NCBI RefSeq assembly: GCF_964355755.1
Contig: NC_092677.1
Coordinates: 25,965,175 to 26,029,174, forward strand
Origin: Antedon mediterranea
Taxonomy: Eukaryota > Animalia > Echinodermata
Direction of reading: 5' to 3'
Length of the DNA stretch: 64,000 nt
In this document: one piece after another, positions 39,941-53,231 of the stretch
Layout of the letters: every line of letters begins with the position of its first letter
Position numbering within the stretch: the first letter of the stretch is position 1
Made by a program: the position numbers and the translations under genes
The notes under the pieces: model-generated
Databases searched by the model: none
The model's input: only the letters and a program-made list of their open reading frames with translations
Told to the model about the DNA's origin: nothing

Positions 39941-40794
39941 TCGCCATTGTATTAAACTTTATGAACTGAATAGGTTGTGTGCAACAGATGACGAGAACGT
40001 TACCACAATGAGAAGGTTATTCCCCTTTTCATAATTTTTGTTAGATATTTTAAGCAAATTCATTAAATCAATACAGTGTATGAAGTTCTGCAAATGTTCT
40101 TTTAAAATATATGATTATGTCGACAATAAGTAAATGAGACCTTAGTGGAAAGTGGGTGTTCCCGCCCATATTTGATAATCCTGAATTATATCCTGAATTG
40201 CATTTTTACCATCTTTGTCTTTATTGCACAAATTTGAAAATTCGATTGATTTACTTACAGTTCCTTTGTTTTTTATTGTTAAATAAAATTGTGTAGAGTT
40301 TCTATAATCATTGTTCTTGTTTTGATAGCAAGGGTGTGGTGACTGGAGGCTGTGAAGCTCTTAAAATTTTTTTTTCTTTAAATATATAAATAAGTCTCTA
40401 TTCCTTCACAATTTTAGTACTGTATATTTCTTGGTTAATAATGTGAGTCCGTTTATAATAAAAGTGTTTTTAAATGTAGAATGCCTTTTTTGGTATGGAA
40501 TAAAGAATACATACTAACTTTATATACCATTGTTTATTTTTTAATAGGCACAGTAGCTGTAACTGTTGCAGTATATAAGTGTTTGCATATTGCCAGTATA
40601 AAGCTATCCCAGTTGTTACTGTTTGTGAGCATCTCGGCTTGCCTGAATCCAAATTACTAGATCCCGTGTTCAAAATGCGTTAGCGGTGGTGGTGGCCTGA
40701 GTTATAGTAGCCGATTGGCAGACCAGTGTCCTGACACTTACTGGTAGCTGATCTCAAAGAGTTGCTGTAAATTTAAAATTCCAGGCAGAATATA

Positions 40795-41075
40795 AGGGAG
40801 CTGATTGGCTAAAGGGAGTTCCTGCTAATTTAATTGTTATGGTACTGTAGTGACCAGAATGGCAGGGAGCTGATTGGCTAGTGGGAGTTCCGGCGAATTT
40901 AAATGCGGTCGCAGTTGCCAGACAGAATTAGTTTGCTGGTCGGTGCAAATTCCTGAAAATTTAGATGTGTGATAGTAATTACAGTGCCCAGAAAAGGGAG
41001 CTGATTGGCTTGTGGGAGATACAGCTAATTTAAATGCGGTCGCAGGTGCCAGACAGATTTAGTTTGCTGGTCGGT
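40795..41075. repeat. Degenerate tandem repeats with GGGAGCTGATTGGCT (CCAAT-box) cores
   Basis: Three GGGAGCTGATTGGCT copies and a duplicated ~75-bp block (AATTTAAATGCGGTCGCAG...TTTGCTGGTCGGTG). Confidence 0.65.
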
Positions 41076-41619
41076 GATAGTGTAGTATCCGGAGAATGTA
41101 GGTAGTGCAGTTTGTAATTGCAATGCGTCCGCGGCTGCTTTCACTACGATTTCCTTGGTGTCGAAAAACATCAAAGGAATTTTTGCCCTTCACTGACTAT
41201 TTTAAAATGTTTTGGAAAGTGTTTGCCTAAATTAAATTTTTTGGTCACTAAATTTGTTTCAAGCATGTTGGTCGGGTGTAGTTAACCAGTTTTTAAAGTT
41301 TGGCAAATTCCAAAATATATTCAAATGAGAAATATTAATAATCCAAAATTCCTCTTATGCATTTTGCGTGCGAATAACTATTGCTTTTCAGGTAGTGTTT
41401 TTAGCACTTGGTGTAGAAGTCTGCCTCGGCATCTGAACTACGATGGTCTCATGATGATGGTCTTTGCTAAAGTGGTGTAGGTCTTTACAATGTTTCCTGT
41501 ACAATATATAATCATATTTTGAGAGAATAAGGCATAAAAAAAAAGTAAGCAGAAATGGTAAGTCGATTAAATTTACAAATTGTGTAGTGAACCCCACACA
41601 AAATTTAAAGGAGCGTTAA

Positions 41620-41949
41620 AGACGCATTGTCCCCCAAAAACATGAAAAATGAAGATTAATAAAATCTGACTTTGAATAGGCCATTTTGTAGTTAATGCAA
41701 AGTTGATCACTTCCGTAGAAAAAAAACCTTGAATAAATAAAATGACAAAATAAACAGTTAAAATTTAACCAAAAACCCATTGGCTAGCAGACAATTTAAC
41801 TATATTTTGCTTTAAATTAGTTTTTTCAGGTAAATAATTTTTTTTCTGGATCCAATTTTTGGTCAAAGTGAATACACATTGTGGGACATTTAAATGGCGT
41901 ATTCAAGAAAAAAAAATTAGAAAAATTATTTTTTTCAGACAATACATCT
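41620..41949. mobile_element. Kolobok-like non-autonomous element with TTAA TSD
   Basis: TTAA|AGACGCATTGTCC...GACAATACATCT|TTAA. Related copies at ~18762-19036 (filling most of LRP12 intron 2), ~38630-38905 and ~59140-59290. Confidence 0.7.
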
Positions 41950-43192
41950 TTAAGATAATTTGTTCCAAAATCCTGGATCCACTACTTAAACGTAACTAAT
42001 AAACATTCATTAAGGATAATATTGAGCTTTTACTGTTGGAGATATTGCATTAAACTACACCAATCATGATGCGCCGTATCGCATCCAACTTGTTCTGATT
42101 GGTCAAATTACTTGCTTTGCATCCTAGAGGAAACCAAACTCACACTACAGTAATTGCTTTAATAAATGCTGGTAGCTGGTTTTCATTCCTTTGGGATCCC
42201 TTAATTTCCTATCAATTGTACTGTAGTAATTGTATATTAATATGATTCTGTATTGTGTAAATAATTGAGTTGCTGAATAAAGTATTAAAAAATAAATTGA
42301 AAAGCTGTAGTTGGATTTTCTTGTTTCAAAATTTGTTTAATTTAGATATGATGCTAGGCCTACATATCAAAGGCAATACTGTATCAACGAATGAAATCTA
42401 GTGTCAAGATCTTGGTTTTCTAGATCTAGAAAACTAAGATATTCTTTGGCCTTAGTTTTCTATACCCGAAGAAATAAGTTTGTCGCCCTCAATAATGTAG
42501 ACATTTTGCTAACCCTTTTACAACATTTAGCGCCTTTATTAGTTCAACTCGTCTATGAAATTCATAACATAATATAGAAACTTCATTAACAATATGATAA
42601 AAAAAAACAATTTGTGCGTCGGTTTTATTTGTACAGTATTTACAAAATATTTGCGTGAAGATGTAGTAGGCTCAACCAAGTGTAAATTTCGCGAATATTT
42701 TTAAAGAAAAAGAGCAGATTTAACAACATCCCTTTTAATTTAGCACAGCTATTCCCCTCTCCCATTCTGGTATTTTAACGCAGGCCTACGATATTTTACC
42801 ATGGACATGCATGGTTTTACCAATCCTACAACGGCTTGTGTTGAGGTACGTAGTACGCGATCCCGATTAATAATCGTGTTTACTTCTTGCAACGTCGGCA
42901 TTAAATTGATGAAATCCATTTGAAAGCTGATTGGGCGCGCGTATGCTTGTTCAGCTGAGAATAGTTATACATCAGTGTCTTGTTTGTTGCTGCTTTTGCG
43001 AGAATATTAATTGAATTCAATTAGTAAACGCTAAAGTTTCATTTCGACTGTTCAACGTGCTCTTGAAGTGTCGAGAATTATTGCTCGTCAAAGCGTGGAA
43101 GATTTATTAATAGCAGTTTGCACTATTGTCTTTTAATAGCAACCCTTTTATCCCTTTGGTTTCATAAAATACATTCCATCGTGTGGTACTTA

Positions 43193-43371
43193 AGCTTGGT
43201 TCGCACTAGAACGTAACGCAAGGACGTAAACGCAACGCAAGCGTTTTAAACAATGACAAGCGAAGTTATAGACAGTTAGCAATCACAAGCGAATAAGCCA
43301 TCGCTTGTAATTGGTCAATTCACTTGCGTTGCGTTACGTCCTTGTGTTGCGTCGCTAGTGGGAACCACGCT
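43193..43371. mobile_element. Harbinger-type MITE A1 (179 bp) with TTA TSD
   Basis: TTA at 43190-43192 and 43372-43374; TIRs AGCTTGGTTC / GAACCACGCT. Confidence 0.88.
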
Positions 43372-43459
43372 TTAGTGACGACACGACGCGTAAAAAAAGC
43401 TTCCTAAATCGATTGAAAACAAAACTCAAATTCATATTTATTTTCCAGAAATATTGTAG

Positions 43460-46400
43460 TACTCTAGTAGCTAGATCAACTTTCGTATGCACTTTGAGGT
43501 CCAGAGAATTTGACTTCAGAAATTGGTTTAGGGTGGTCAAACAATCATTTTTGGCTTGGTTACACATTTTGAAAATGTGGCGAAAGGTCAAAAGGTCAGG
43601 GTGAAAGGTCATAAGACCAAACACCAATATGTCCTTAAATCTCAACAACCACTGGTCACAGCGAAGTAATTTTGGTCTCAAATTGATCAGAAGGTATACA
43701 TTTATATTCAGTCTAATGGGACATTTTAGTCAAAAATGACCGGAAATGCCATTTCTGACCTTTGACCCACACCTCAGGGCATGTATGTATCTCCGTAACT
43801 ACTGATTGTAGACACTTAAATTTGGTCTTAAATTGTTTGAAATAAATATTTATTATTTGTAGCACATTTTTAAAAATGTTACAAAGGTCAAAAGGTTAAG
43901 GTCAAAGGTTATATGAACAAATAAAAATAGATACTTGTATCTCGGCAACCACTCGTCGCAGCAAGTCAATTTTAGTCTCAAAATGTTCAGAAGGCATGCT
44001 TTCATATTCAATCTAATGGGACATTTTAGTCAAAAATTATCAGAAATGCCATTTCTGACCTTTGACCCACATATCATGGCATCTTCATATCTCTGTAAGT
44101 ACTGGTCGTAGAAACTTAAATTTGGTATCAAATTGTTCGAAATATACATATTTACATTCATTGTAATAGAAAATGTGGTTAAAAGATGAACAGAAATACT
44201 ATTACTAATGTTTCAAACAAAAAACATATCTCTACATAACTTATCCTTAGACAGTAATGTTATGCAATAACTGATACTTTAAATTGTTTCAATTTCAAGT
44301 ACTAGTTATTGCTGACCCCAAGAACATTTTGATAGAAACGTCAAGCTCAACAGTTCTTTTCAGAATGCTAGAAGTAACTTGCCATGTGTATCCGATTAAA
44401 CTCCCCGGGCATTTATTGTTCAAAGGGGTTTTTAGGGGCAGGGGAGGCATCTTTATTTGTGGTATAATATGGTAATATGTATAATCAAATAAATACCACC
44501 TAGATGTAAAAAAAAATACAGCACAATTAATATCAAAAAGTGAAAAAAATGCTTGGTAAATTGTAGATTATGGTAGTTAATGTAATGTGTTGTGATACAA
44601 TTATTGTGTAAATGCATGTGGCGGGCGTATTCCACATGGTGTTCTATTAGAGGGAATGGTGGCGTTTATTTGAGAGAGGCTTTTATTCAAAGCGGGTGTT
44701 AATTCGAATAAATACTCTAATTTTAATAATTATAATTCGTTTCTCAACTGATAAAAGGTACTTTACATGATTCGTTTTCTTCTTTATGCTTTTTAACGAA
44801 ATGTTTCTGTCTTTTAGAATAAAAGTGACACTGTCATAGATAACATTAAATGGATCTTCTCTTCCAGGTGCCAGTATAATGATATAAAACAATGACACAT
44901 CATTATCCTGACACAATTGCACTCATAATGGATCTTCATTCTAGCATCTGTTTGTTTGTGACTACAATTTGAAAACAATCTTTTGCATATTTTTAAATGC
45001 CAATACATAGCTTCATTACTATTGTACAATATGTCCAGCTTTCCTGAAAACACCCTTGTGTACTGTAGTACAGTGTTGTAGTATGATTTTATCATGATAA
45101 CTTCTGATGCTTTTATTGTCAATGAATTCAGTACCTAAAACATGTAAAAGTTTCTAGTGGTATTGATAATAAATCTCCAGAAACATATATTGTTTTATTA
45201 TCTACACTGGGAACAGACGTGTATAATATACACCGACAAAACTTATACATATTATGTATAAGTTTTGTCGGTAACATTCAAAAATATTATGCAACAGTGT
45301 TACGGAATAATGACAATGAATTGGTCTATTATAGTTGTCTGTGATACCTTTTATTACATGATTGTACTTGCAACAGGATAAAATGAGGTTTAATCCAGTT
45401 ATTATTCTTATTATACTAATAATTTTTTTTTTATCTGGGGTGTATTTATTTGATTATACATGTTACCATTATTATACCCAAACAAAATAAACGCCTTCCT
45501 TGAATAACTAAATGCCCGGACCTTTTATTCGGGTAACTATAGTAAGTTACTTCTAGCATTCTTAACTGTTGAGCTCGAGTATTTATTCGAATTAACACCC
45601 ACTTTGAATAAAAGCCTCCATTCCCTCCAATAGAACATCATGTGGAATAAACGCTCCGCCACATGCATTTACAAAATAATTGTATCACAACACATTTCAT
45701 TAATTACCATAATCTACAATTTACCAAGTATTTTGACATAATGTTATCATTTTTTTATATTAATTGTGCTGTATTTTTTTACATCTAGGTGGTATTTATT
45801 TGATTTTACATGTTACCATAATTATTATACCCCAAATAAAGATGCCTCCCCTCCCCCTAAAAACCCTTTTGAACAATAAATGCCCGGGGCGTTTAATCGG
45901 ATACACATGGCAAGTTACTTCTAGCATTCTGAAAAGAACTGTTTAGCTTGACGTTTATATCAAAATGTTCTCGTGGACAGCAATAACTAGTAGGCCTACT
46001 TGAAATTGAAACAATTTAAAGTGCATACCATTACTGTCTAAGAATAAGTTGTGTAGAGATATGTTTTTTGTTTGAAACATTAGTAATAGTATTTTCTGTT
46101 CATCTTTTAACCACATTTTCTATTACAATGAATGTAAATATGTATATTTCGAACAATTTGATACCAAATTTAAGTTTCTACGACCAGTACTTACAGAGAT
46201 ATGAAGATGCCCTGGTATGTGGGTCAAAGGTCAGAAATGGCATTTCTGATCATTTTTTACTAAAATGCCCCATTAGACGGAATATAAATGCATGCCTTTT
46301 GAACATTTTGAGACCAAAATTGACTTGCTGCGACCAGTGGTTGCCGAGATACAAGTACCTTTATTTATTTGTTTATATAACCCTTGACCCTGACCCTTTG

Positions 46401-46831
46401 ACGTTTTGTAACATTTTTCAAAATGTTTTTCATATAACAAAATATATATTTCGAACAATTTAAAACCAAATTCAAGTGTCTACGACCAGTAGTTACGGAG
46501 ATAAATACATGCCCTGGGTTGTGGGTCAAAGGTCAGAAATGGCATTTGCGGTCATTTTAAACTAAAATGTCCCATTAGACTGAATATAAATGTATACCTT
46601 CTGATCAATTTGAGACCAAAATTACTTCGCTGTGACCAGTGGTTGTTCAGATTTAAGGACATATTGGTGTTTGGTCTTATGACCTTTCACCCTGACCTTT
46701 TGACCTTTCGCCACATTTTCAAAATGTGTAACCAAGCCAAAAATGATTGTTTGACCACCCTAAACCAATTTCTGAAGTCAAATTCTCTGGACCTCAAAGT
46801 GCATACGAAAGTTGATCTAGCTACTAGAGTA
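43460..46831. mobile_element. Non-coding foldback (long-TIR) element, 3.37 kb
   Basis: Arm 43460-44717 is the reverse complement of arm 45577-46831, with outer parts near-identical; spacer ~860 bp. Ends are TACTCTAGTAG...CTACTAGAGTA flanked by TAG on both sides (alternatively a TA duplication). The arms contain ~300 bp sub-repeats. Confidence 0.85.
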
Positions 46832-49362
46832 TAGGGCCTACCTATCATAATATATTGTACTTTAATACGTAGACAACGTGCCGGAAATGCCTATACTTTC
46901 TTTTTTCCCCACATTGTTTTCGCTGAATTTTAGGTGGGTCGTCATTGTCCCCTGGAGAGATCCAGAATATGGGGCGAGTGTTTTAGGCCTAAAGATTGTT
47001 TTCTTTGAATCTAATGGAATAGAATCTTACAATTTATTGCCGTTTGATTGGTTTTTCAGCCCGTCAAATTTAATTAATTTCCATGCATACAACTCTCCCT
47101 GACCATCATAGCATTACACTTGGAAGTGTTAATTAGGGTATTCTCTAAGAATTATCGACGGGTCGTCCGGCAGGATAAATACAGTATCGGTCAAGGCATT
47201 GAGAACCGGACAAGAAGCACGAATGGATACACATTATGATTATGATTATGATTTCAAAGTTAATTATCATCTTTTTAATAATGTTTACGTTGAAACCAGT
47301 TGCCTATGGCCCCCCTATGGCCTTGCTCCAATTCGCTTCCTACTTTAATATTTCGCCATAAGTGATTTTTACTGCCACATTTAGTGTTTTCTTACGTCTC
47401 TTCCTATTTAATTTGTTGATTGTGACCGGAGATGAAAACGGTGTCTATTTCACTGTATTGTTAATAAAAGCTATATCTATCCGACTTATCTATTTTACGT
47501 CGACTGCAAATTAAGAAAGAACACAAACAATCGTAATGTACTTAAAACAAAGGGAGTAACTCCTTAAGTGCTTTGATCTTTTGGATCTATAACTGCGCGT
47601 ACTTTGTGTCGTCATCACTTATCGTCTGACTCGACAACTGATTGTAGCGGGGTAGAATTGGCGCCGAAAAAACTTATAAACGTCTATAATTTCCCTCCTC
47701 CACCAAAGATAATTTGCGCGTGCATTAATTATAAATTCTCGTGGGTGTTTCGTAATGTTTTGGGGAAATATTAAAATTGTTTCTCGAAGAAAACAGTAAT
47801 ATTTATAATTTCTTTTATTGATGGATTTCTATTTTTGTAACGTTATCTGCGCAGCGTCTTTTAATTCTTGGAACATAATGAGCCAATGTTGATTAGTAAA
47901 TGATTTCGATGACGTTTATTAGATTGATTTATTGGAGGTATATCCGGTAGAGTGTTATGGTCCCCTCTTCATACTTGCAGCGCTTTAGGCCTACATACGG
48001 AACTCTGAATGTGAATTTCTTCGGCTTATATTCGTATTAATTCTACCCGTTGATTAAATAAAATAGGCCTACAGTTTGATCATCAATTATAAAAGTACGG
48101 ACGGGACAAATCGTCGCCGTTGACTCGATTGGCGATGGCGAAACTGTTAACATGCGCTTTTCAAGATTAGGCCTACAGTACTTATTTGTCTTCGTTTGCG
48201 TTATACTATCTGGTTTGTTTTTGTTGAACACTAATTGTTTACAACCTTTCTTGTAGGCCTAACGTACCGTATCTCAAGACTTCCATAGCCTAGGCCATAG
48301 ATAACAGGAGACAAACCCTCATCAGTGTGATGATTTTGTTGGTCTATTCATTTTAACTTTTAGAGAGCATAGGCCGGTATAATTATAATGTTCGTAATCA
48401 TGCCCCAGCACGATGTAAACAAACAACAGTGACGACATTAACTCGGCCTACTCCTATCGCCTGCTGCTGTATGATGACAGATACTATCCAATCAAGGAAG
48501 TTTTAACATCTGTTCACTAGTGTGACGTCACATAAAATCGTAGGCGATGCTGAACATGACGTCATAAATATATTCTTCACTTTATAAAAAATATACACAT
48601 ACAGGGATACATACGTAATAATTTAGTTAACAGTCCCCTTACTTTAACGTTAAAGATACGTTGGAAGTTATTGTACGTTGGACGTACGTACAGACGAAGA
48701 CATACCACGGCTCCTTACCAAACTGTGTCCACACGGAAAATAGAAAATGTAATGAACAAAACACATCTACACTTCCTTTTGAATTTCAATAGCATAACAT
48801 TGTGGAAAGCGTCACAAGATCGAGAGGCGTAACTGATGATGATTGTGATGAGAAGAAAATCCTTCTTTCTTAATTTAGGCCTACTTTAACCATGGACCTA
48901 TACATTAGTATAGGTACATGTGCTTTAACCCAGTTTATAAACTCAGTTAGCATTTTAACCTTCGACCAATTTGATCTCTAAGCGATATTTGCCATCCGTT
49001 TTTGATATTGTAATACAATATTCTCGTGCAATATGGAAAAAATTCATATTTGAACACCTGTCTGCTTATTGAAGATCAAAGTGGACTGAAGAACCGTCCA
49101 AGTTGATCTTCGACAACCGATATCAAACATAGGTCATTGATTAGTATATAAAATAAGATCTTAACGATTTAGCATATAATTATGATGTATTATCCTAATA
49201 TAGACTTCCCACACTGTTGTGTTTTATTCCTAATTTATGTTATATAGTATTAATTTTAGCGAGATGCATTTTAGACCACCTACCTTATCCAGCAACAAAA
49301 TGGTAAATAGGCCTAAATTTGTGGAGAAACAAATCATACGAAAGGCTGATTGGAAGTTGTAA

Positions 49363-52300
49363 AGCGTGGTTCCCACTAGAACGCAACGTATCAACGCAAA
49401 GTGCTGTATTGCGTAATCACAAGTGGAGCCGACGACGCAAGTGCTGCAAACATCGCAGGTTTGATTTCACGCAGGCGGGGGCAAACACAATTATTAGAAG
49501 GGCATTTCTATACGTTGCGTAGGTTGCGTTACGTTGCGTCGCTAGTGGGAACAAAGCTTTACACACAGTAGATTATTCTCTATATATAACTATAATTTGT
49601 GTTAAGCCTGGTTTCCATAAAATCGCTACACGACAGAGCGTAGCGATTCTATGGAAACGCTAGAATTTATATCGGGGATCTAGTACGCGAGTGCTAAATA
49701 TTCTTTGGTACGCGTATTACGATTCATCGCCGACGAAATCGGCAAAGTTGAACATGGTTGAACTTTGCCGATTTGACTGCGATGAATCGGGGAGCCTTCC
49801 CGATTGCGTCGGCGACATCTCCGCGTGTAGCGATTTTAATGGAAACGCTGTAGCAATTTTAATGGAAACCAGGCTTTATGATAAGACTGACAGACAGACA
49901 AGTCCTATAAAGGACCCTCGATGATTCGGAAGACAAAATGTGAAATAGTAATTGGAAGATTGAGTGCGACAGACCAGGCGTACGGTGCAGTACCTGAAGT
50001 GGAATGACATAGTGGTTTTAAAATTAAATTTGTTAGCGGTTTAAAGCAGCATAATGGGCCCTGTATCCGCCTATACCGTTGGGTGAAATAGGTTATGGGT
50101 AAATGCAAATCAGACCTGATCCAATTCTCCAATAATACCTTTTGTATTCAATATATAATAAATACAGTAAAACTTTATAAGGTATTTTATTTCCCAATTA
50201 TAATTAAAACCGCAGACTAAGAAGTATTTATTAAAAGTTACAAACGTTGTTTTGTTTTTAACGAATGACCAGCTCAATTGACCGACTCATTTTCGCGATT
50301 TCATCTCGATGATTGATGGTGTAGGCCTACATGTGTATAATGTTAGCCATTGTATTTTACATAAACTTTACCCTGCATATTACTAATACCGGATACATCG
50401 GATCGCAATACGGTGTATACAAGTTTTTTGGCGCTTAAATACATAAACAACCGAATTAAAACACCTGAAAGTTTTGATCGGTGAGGTAATTACACCATTA
50501 AAGCGTGGTTCCCACTAGAACGCGACGTCTCGACGCAAAGTGCTGTATTGCGTAATCAAGCGTGGTTCCCACAACGCAACGCAGCGAAGTATCGACACAA
50601 AGTGCTGTATTGTGCGTAATCAAGTGTGGTTCCCACTAGAACGCAACGCATCGACGTATTAACGCAAAGTGATGTATTGCATAATCACAAGTGGGAACCG
50701 AAGATGCAATAGTGCTGCAAAAATCGCAGGTTTGATTTCACGCAGGCGGGGGAAAACACAATGATTAAGCTTGGTTCCCACTAGCGACGCAACACAAAGA
50801 CGTAACGCAAGGACGTAAACGCAACGTAAGCGCGTTGACCAATGACAAGCGAAGTTATAGACAGTTAGTAATCACAAGCGAATAAGCCATCGCTTGTGAT
50901 TGGTCAATTCACTTGCGTTGCGTTACGTCCTTGCGTTGCGTCGGTAGTGGGAACCACGCTTTAGAGGGCATTTTCTTACGTTGCGTAGGTTGCGTCGATA
51001 GTGGGAACCAAGCTTTAGACAGTACACTTGGATAGTACGTCAATAAGTAAACAAAAATGACTTAACATACAAAAAGAAATACCCTTTCAACTATTTATTA
51101 TATTGACAAACTTAAGCCTACAATATTATGAGATAATCTTTAATGTAGAAGAAATCCTTTCTTAAAAACATAAATTATATCATTTTATGATAACGTAAAA
51201 ATGTAAATAAATATAATCTTTGATAATGATCTATTTATTGAGAATATAAAGTCCAGTTTGTCTTTGACGTAATTGTTATGAAATTTATGTTTTATCAGTT
51301 GATAAGAAATAATGATACATAGTAACTATTCTGCTGAAGAAGCCGTATTATCATCTACTATCAAACTTTATGTGACAAAAAAAATGTGATAACATCCGCG
51401 TATCACTACCATTGAGCAAATCACACTTCTTTTGTCAAGCTCGTTTGATTGTGTAAGCTTGGTTCCCACTAGCGACGCAACGTAACGCAATCTACGCAAC
51501 GTAAAGCGTGGTTCCCACTAGCGACGCAACGCAAGGACGTAACGCAACGCAAGTGAATTGACCAATCACAAGCGATGGCTTATTCGCTTGTGATTGCTAA
51601 CTGTCTATAATTTCGCTTGTCATTGGTTAAAACGCTTGCGTTGCGTTTACGTCCTTGCGTTACGTTCTAGTGGGAACCAAGCTTAAGAAAATGCCCTTCA
51701 ATCATTGCGTTTTCCCCCGCCTGCGTGAAATCAAACCTGCGATGTTTAATGTTTGCCCCCGCCTGCGTGAAATCAAGCCTGCGATGTTTGCAGCGCTGTT
51801 GCATCGTCGGTTCCCACTTGTGATTACGCAATACAGCACGTTGCGTTGATACGTCGCTGCGTTACGTTGCGTTGCGTTCTAGTGGGAACCACGCTGTAGA
51901 TAGAGCAAAAATAGTTTCGAAAACACTCGTTATGCAAATTGCAACTATTGTTATCAACACATCTGCAGGTAGGGATTGTATTGTCTTGAATAGCTTTCTT
52001 AGACGGCCAACACTCATAGAACAATGCATGAGTATTCCAAGCCCCGACGAAACCATGAAGTAAACACTTGGTAAGTAAGTATGGCCTTAAACAATCAGAA
52101 CCTCACCGATTCCTCTGAAATATCTCCAAATTGGCATGTGTGTCCAGTATCATTGGCAAAGTATTTAATACAGTGTCATATATAGAATCACACGTGGCGT
52201 CTTATTTGAATTTGTTTTAATGGACAACACGCTGTTAAATTGGTTCCTACTGAGAAACGGCCGAATAAAGCGTGGTTCCTAAAGCGTGGTTCCCACTAGA

Positions 52301-53231
52301 ACGCAACGCAGCGCGTGACGTATCGACGCAAAGTGCTGTATTGCGTAATCACAGGTGGGAACCGACGACGCAACAGCACTGCAAACATCGCAGGTTTGAT
52401 TTCACGCAGGCGGTGGCAAACACAATTATTGTTATTACGTTGCGTAGGTTGCGTCGCTAGTGGGAACCAAGCTTAACATGTGAATGTAAAATATGTAACA
52501 TGCGAATTCAAGGAAAGTAAAAATTCGTCAAATATCCAGGTACCTACTGTATATTAAACTTAATTCCCGTTTTCCCTTCCATACCTTATCTTAGGATAAG
52601 TTCCTTTCTAATGGAATCTTCTGGGAATTTAATTTCTTACCGCAATTTGATATTTTAACACGCATATAAAATGTGTAATATTTTTCAAAGTTTATAAATT
52701 ACGACCATTTTGACTTTAATGAAGTCTGACCTTATAAGGAAAATCTGTGCCAAATTTTGGTTTTATAAATTCTACTCACACTAAAGCCTGGTTCCCACTA
52801 GATACGTATCGCAACCTACGCAACGTAAAAAAATGCCCTTCCAATAATTGTGTTTGCCCCCGACTGCGTGAAATCTGTTTTTGCGACGTATTGACACAAA
52901 GTGCTGTATTGCGTAATCAGAAGTGGAAAGCGACGATGCAATAGCGCTGCAAACATCGCATGTTTGATTTCACGCAGGCGGGGGCAAACACAATTAATTT
53001 TTATTATTATCATTACTGTAAATAATCATTGTATATAATTATTTTATAATTAATATTTATATTGGTCTTGTTTTTTGTAAAAATCTACTGTAATTATACC
53101 TTATTGTGGTTACCATTATAACAAATGTACGATTGATTGAATAAAGTTCACATATAGATTCCAATTATTGGAAGAGCATTTTCTTACGTTGCGTCGGTTG
53201 CGTTACGTTGCGTCCTAGTGGGAACCACGCT
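49363..53231. mobile_element. Cluster of five MITE A2 copies, two carrying nested A1 copies
   Basis: A2 (same TIR, internal GTGCTGTATTGCGTAATC...GATTTCACGCAGGCGGGGG) at ~49363-49558, 50501-51013, 51456-51895, 52283-52473 and 52785-53231. A1 is nested at 50768-50960 (TTA TSD) and 51505-51683 (TAA TSD). Confidence 0.85.
49605..49875. mobile_element. Harbinger-type MITE (TIR AGCCTGGTTTCCAT), TTA TSD
   Basis: TTA at 49602-49604 and 49876-49878; largely palindromic interior. Confidence 0.8.

Noticed and set aside
42820-43180. CpG-rich promoter-like patch (also ~47600-47780) as the start of an additional gene
   Set aside because: No linked coding exons could be identified, so it is not supportable from sequence alone.
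43355-46834. Paired ORFs MRPKLLRCDQW... (43355-43681 and 46610-46834) as genes or a transposase
   Set aside because: They are mirror products of the inverted arms, start at non-ATG codons and show no recognisable domain.
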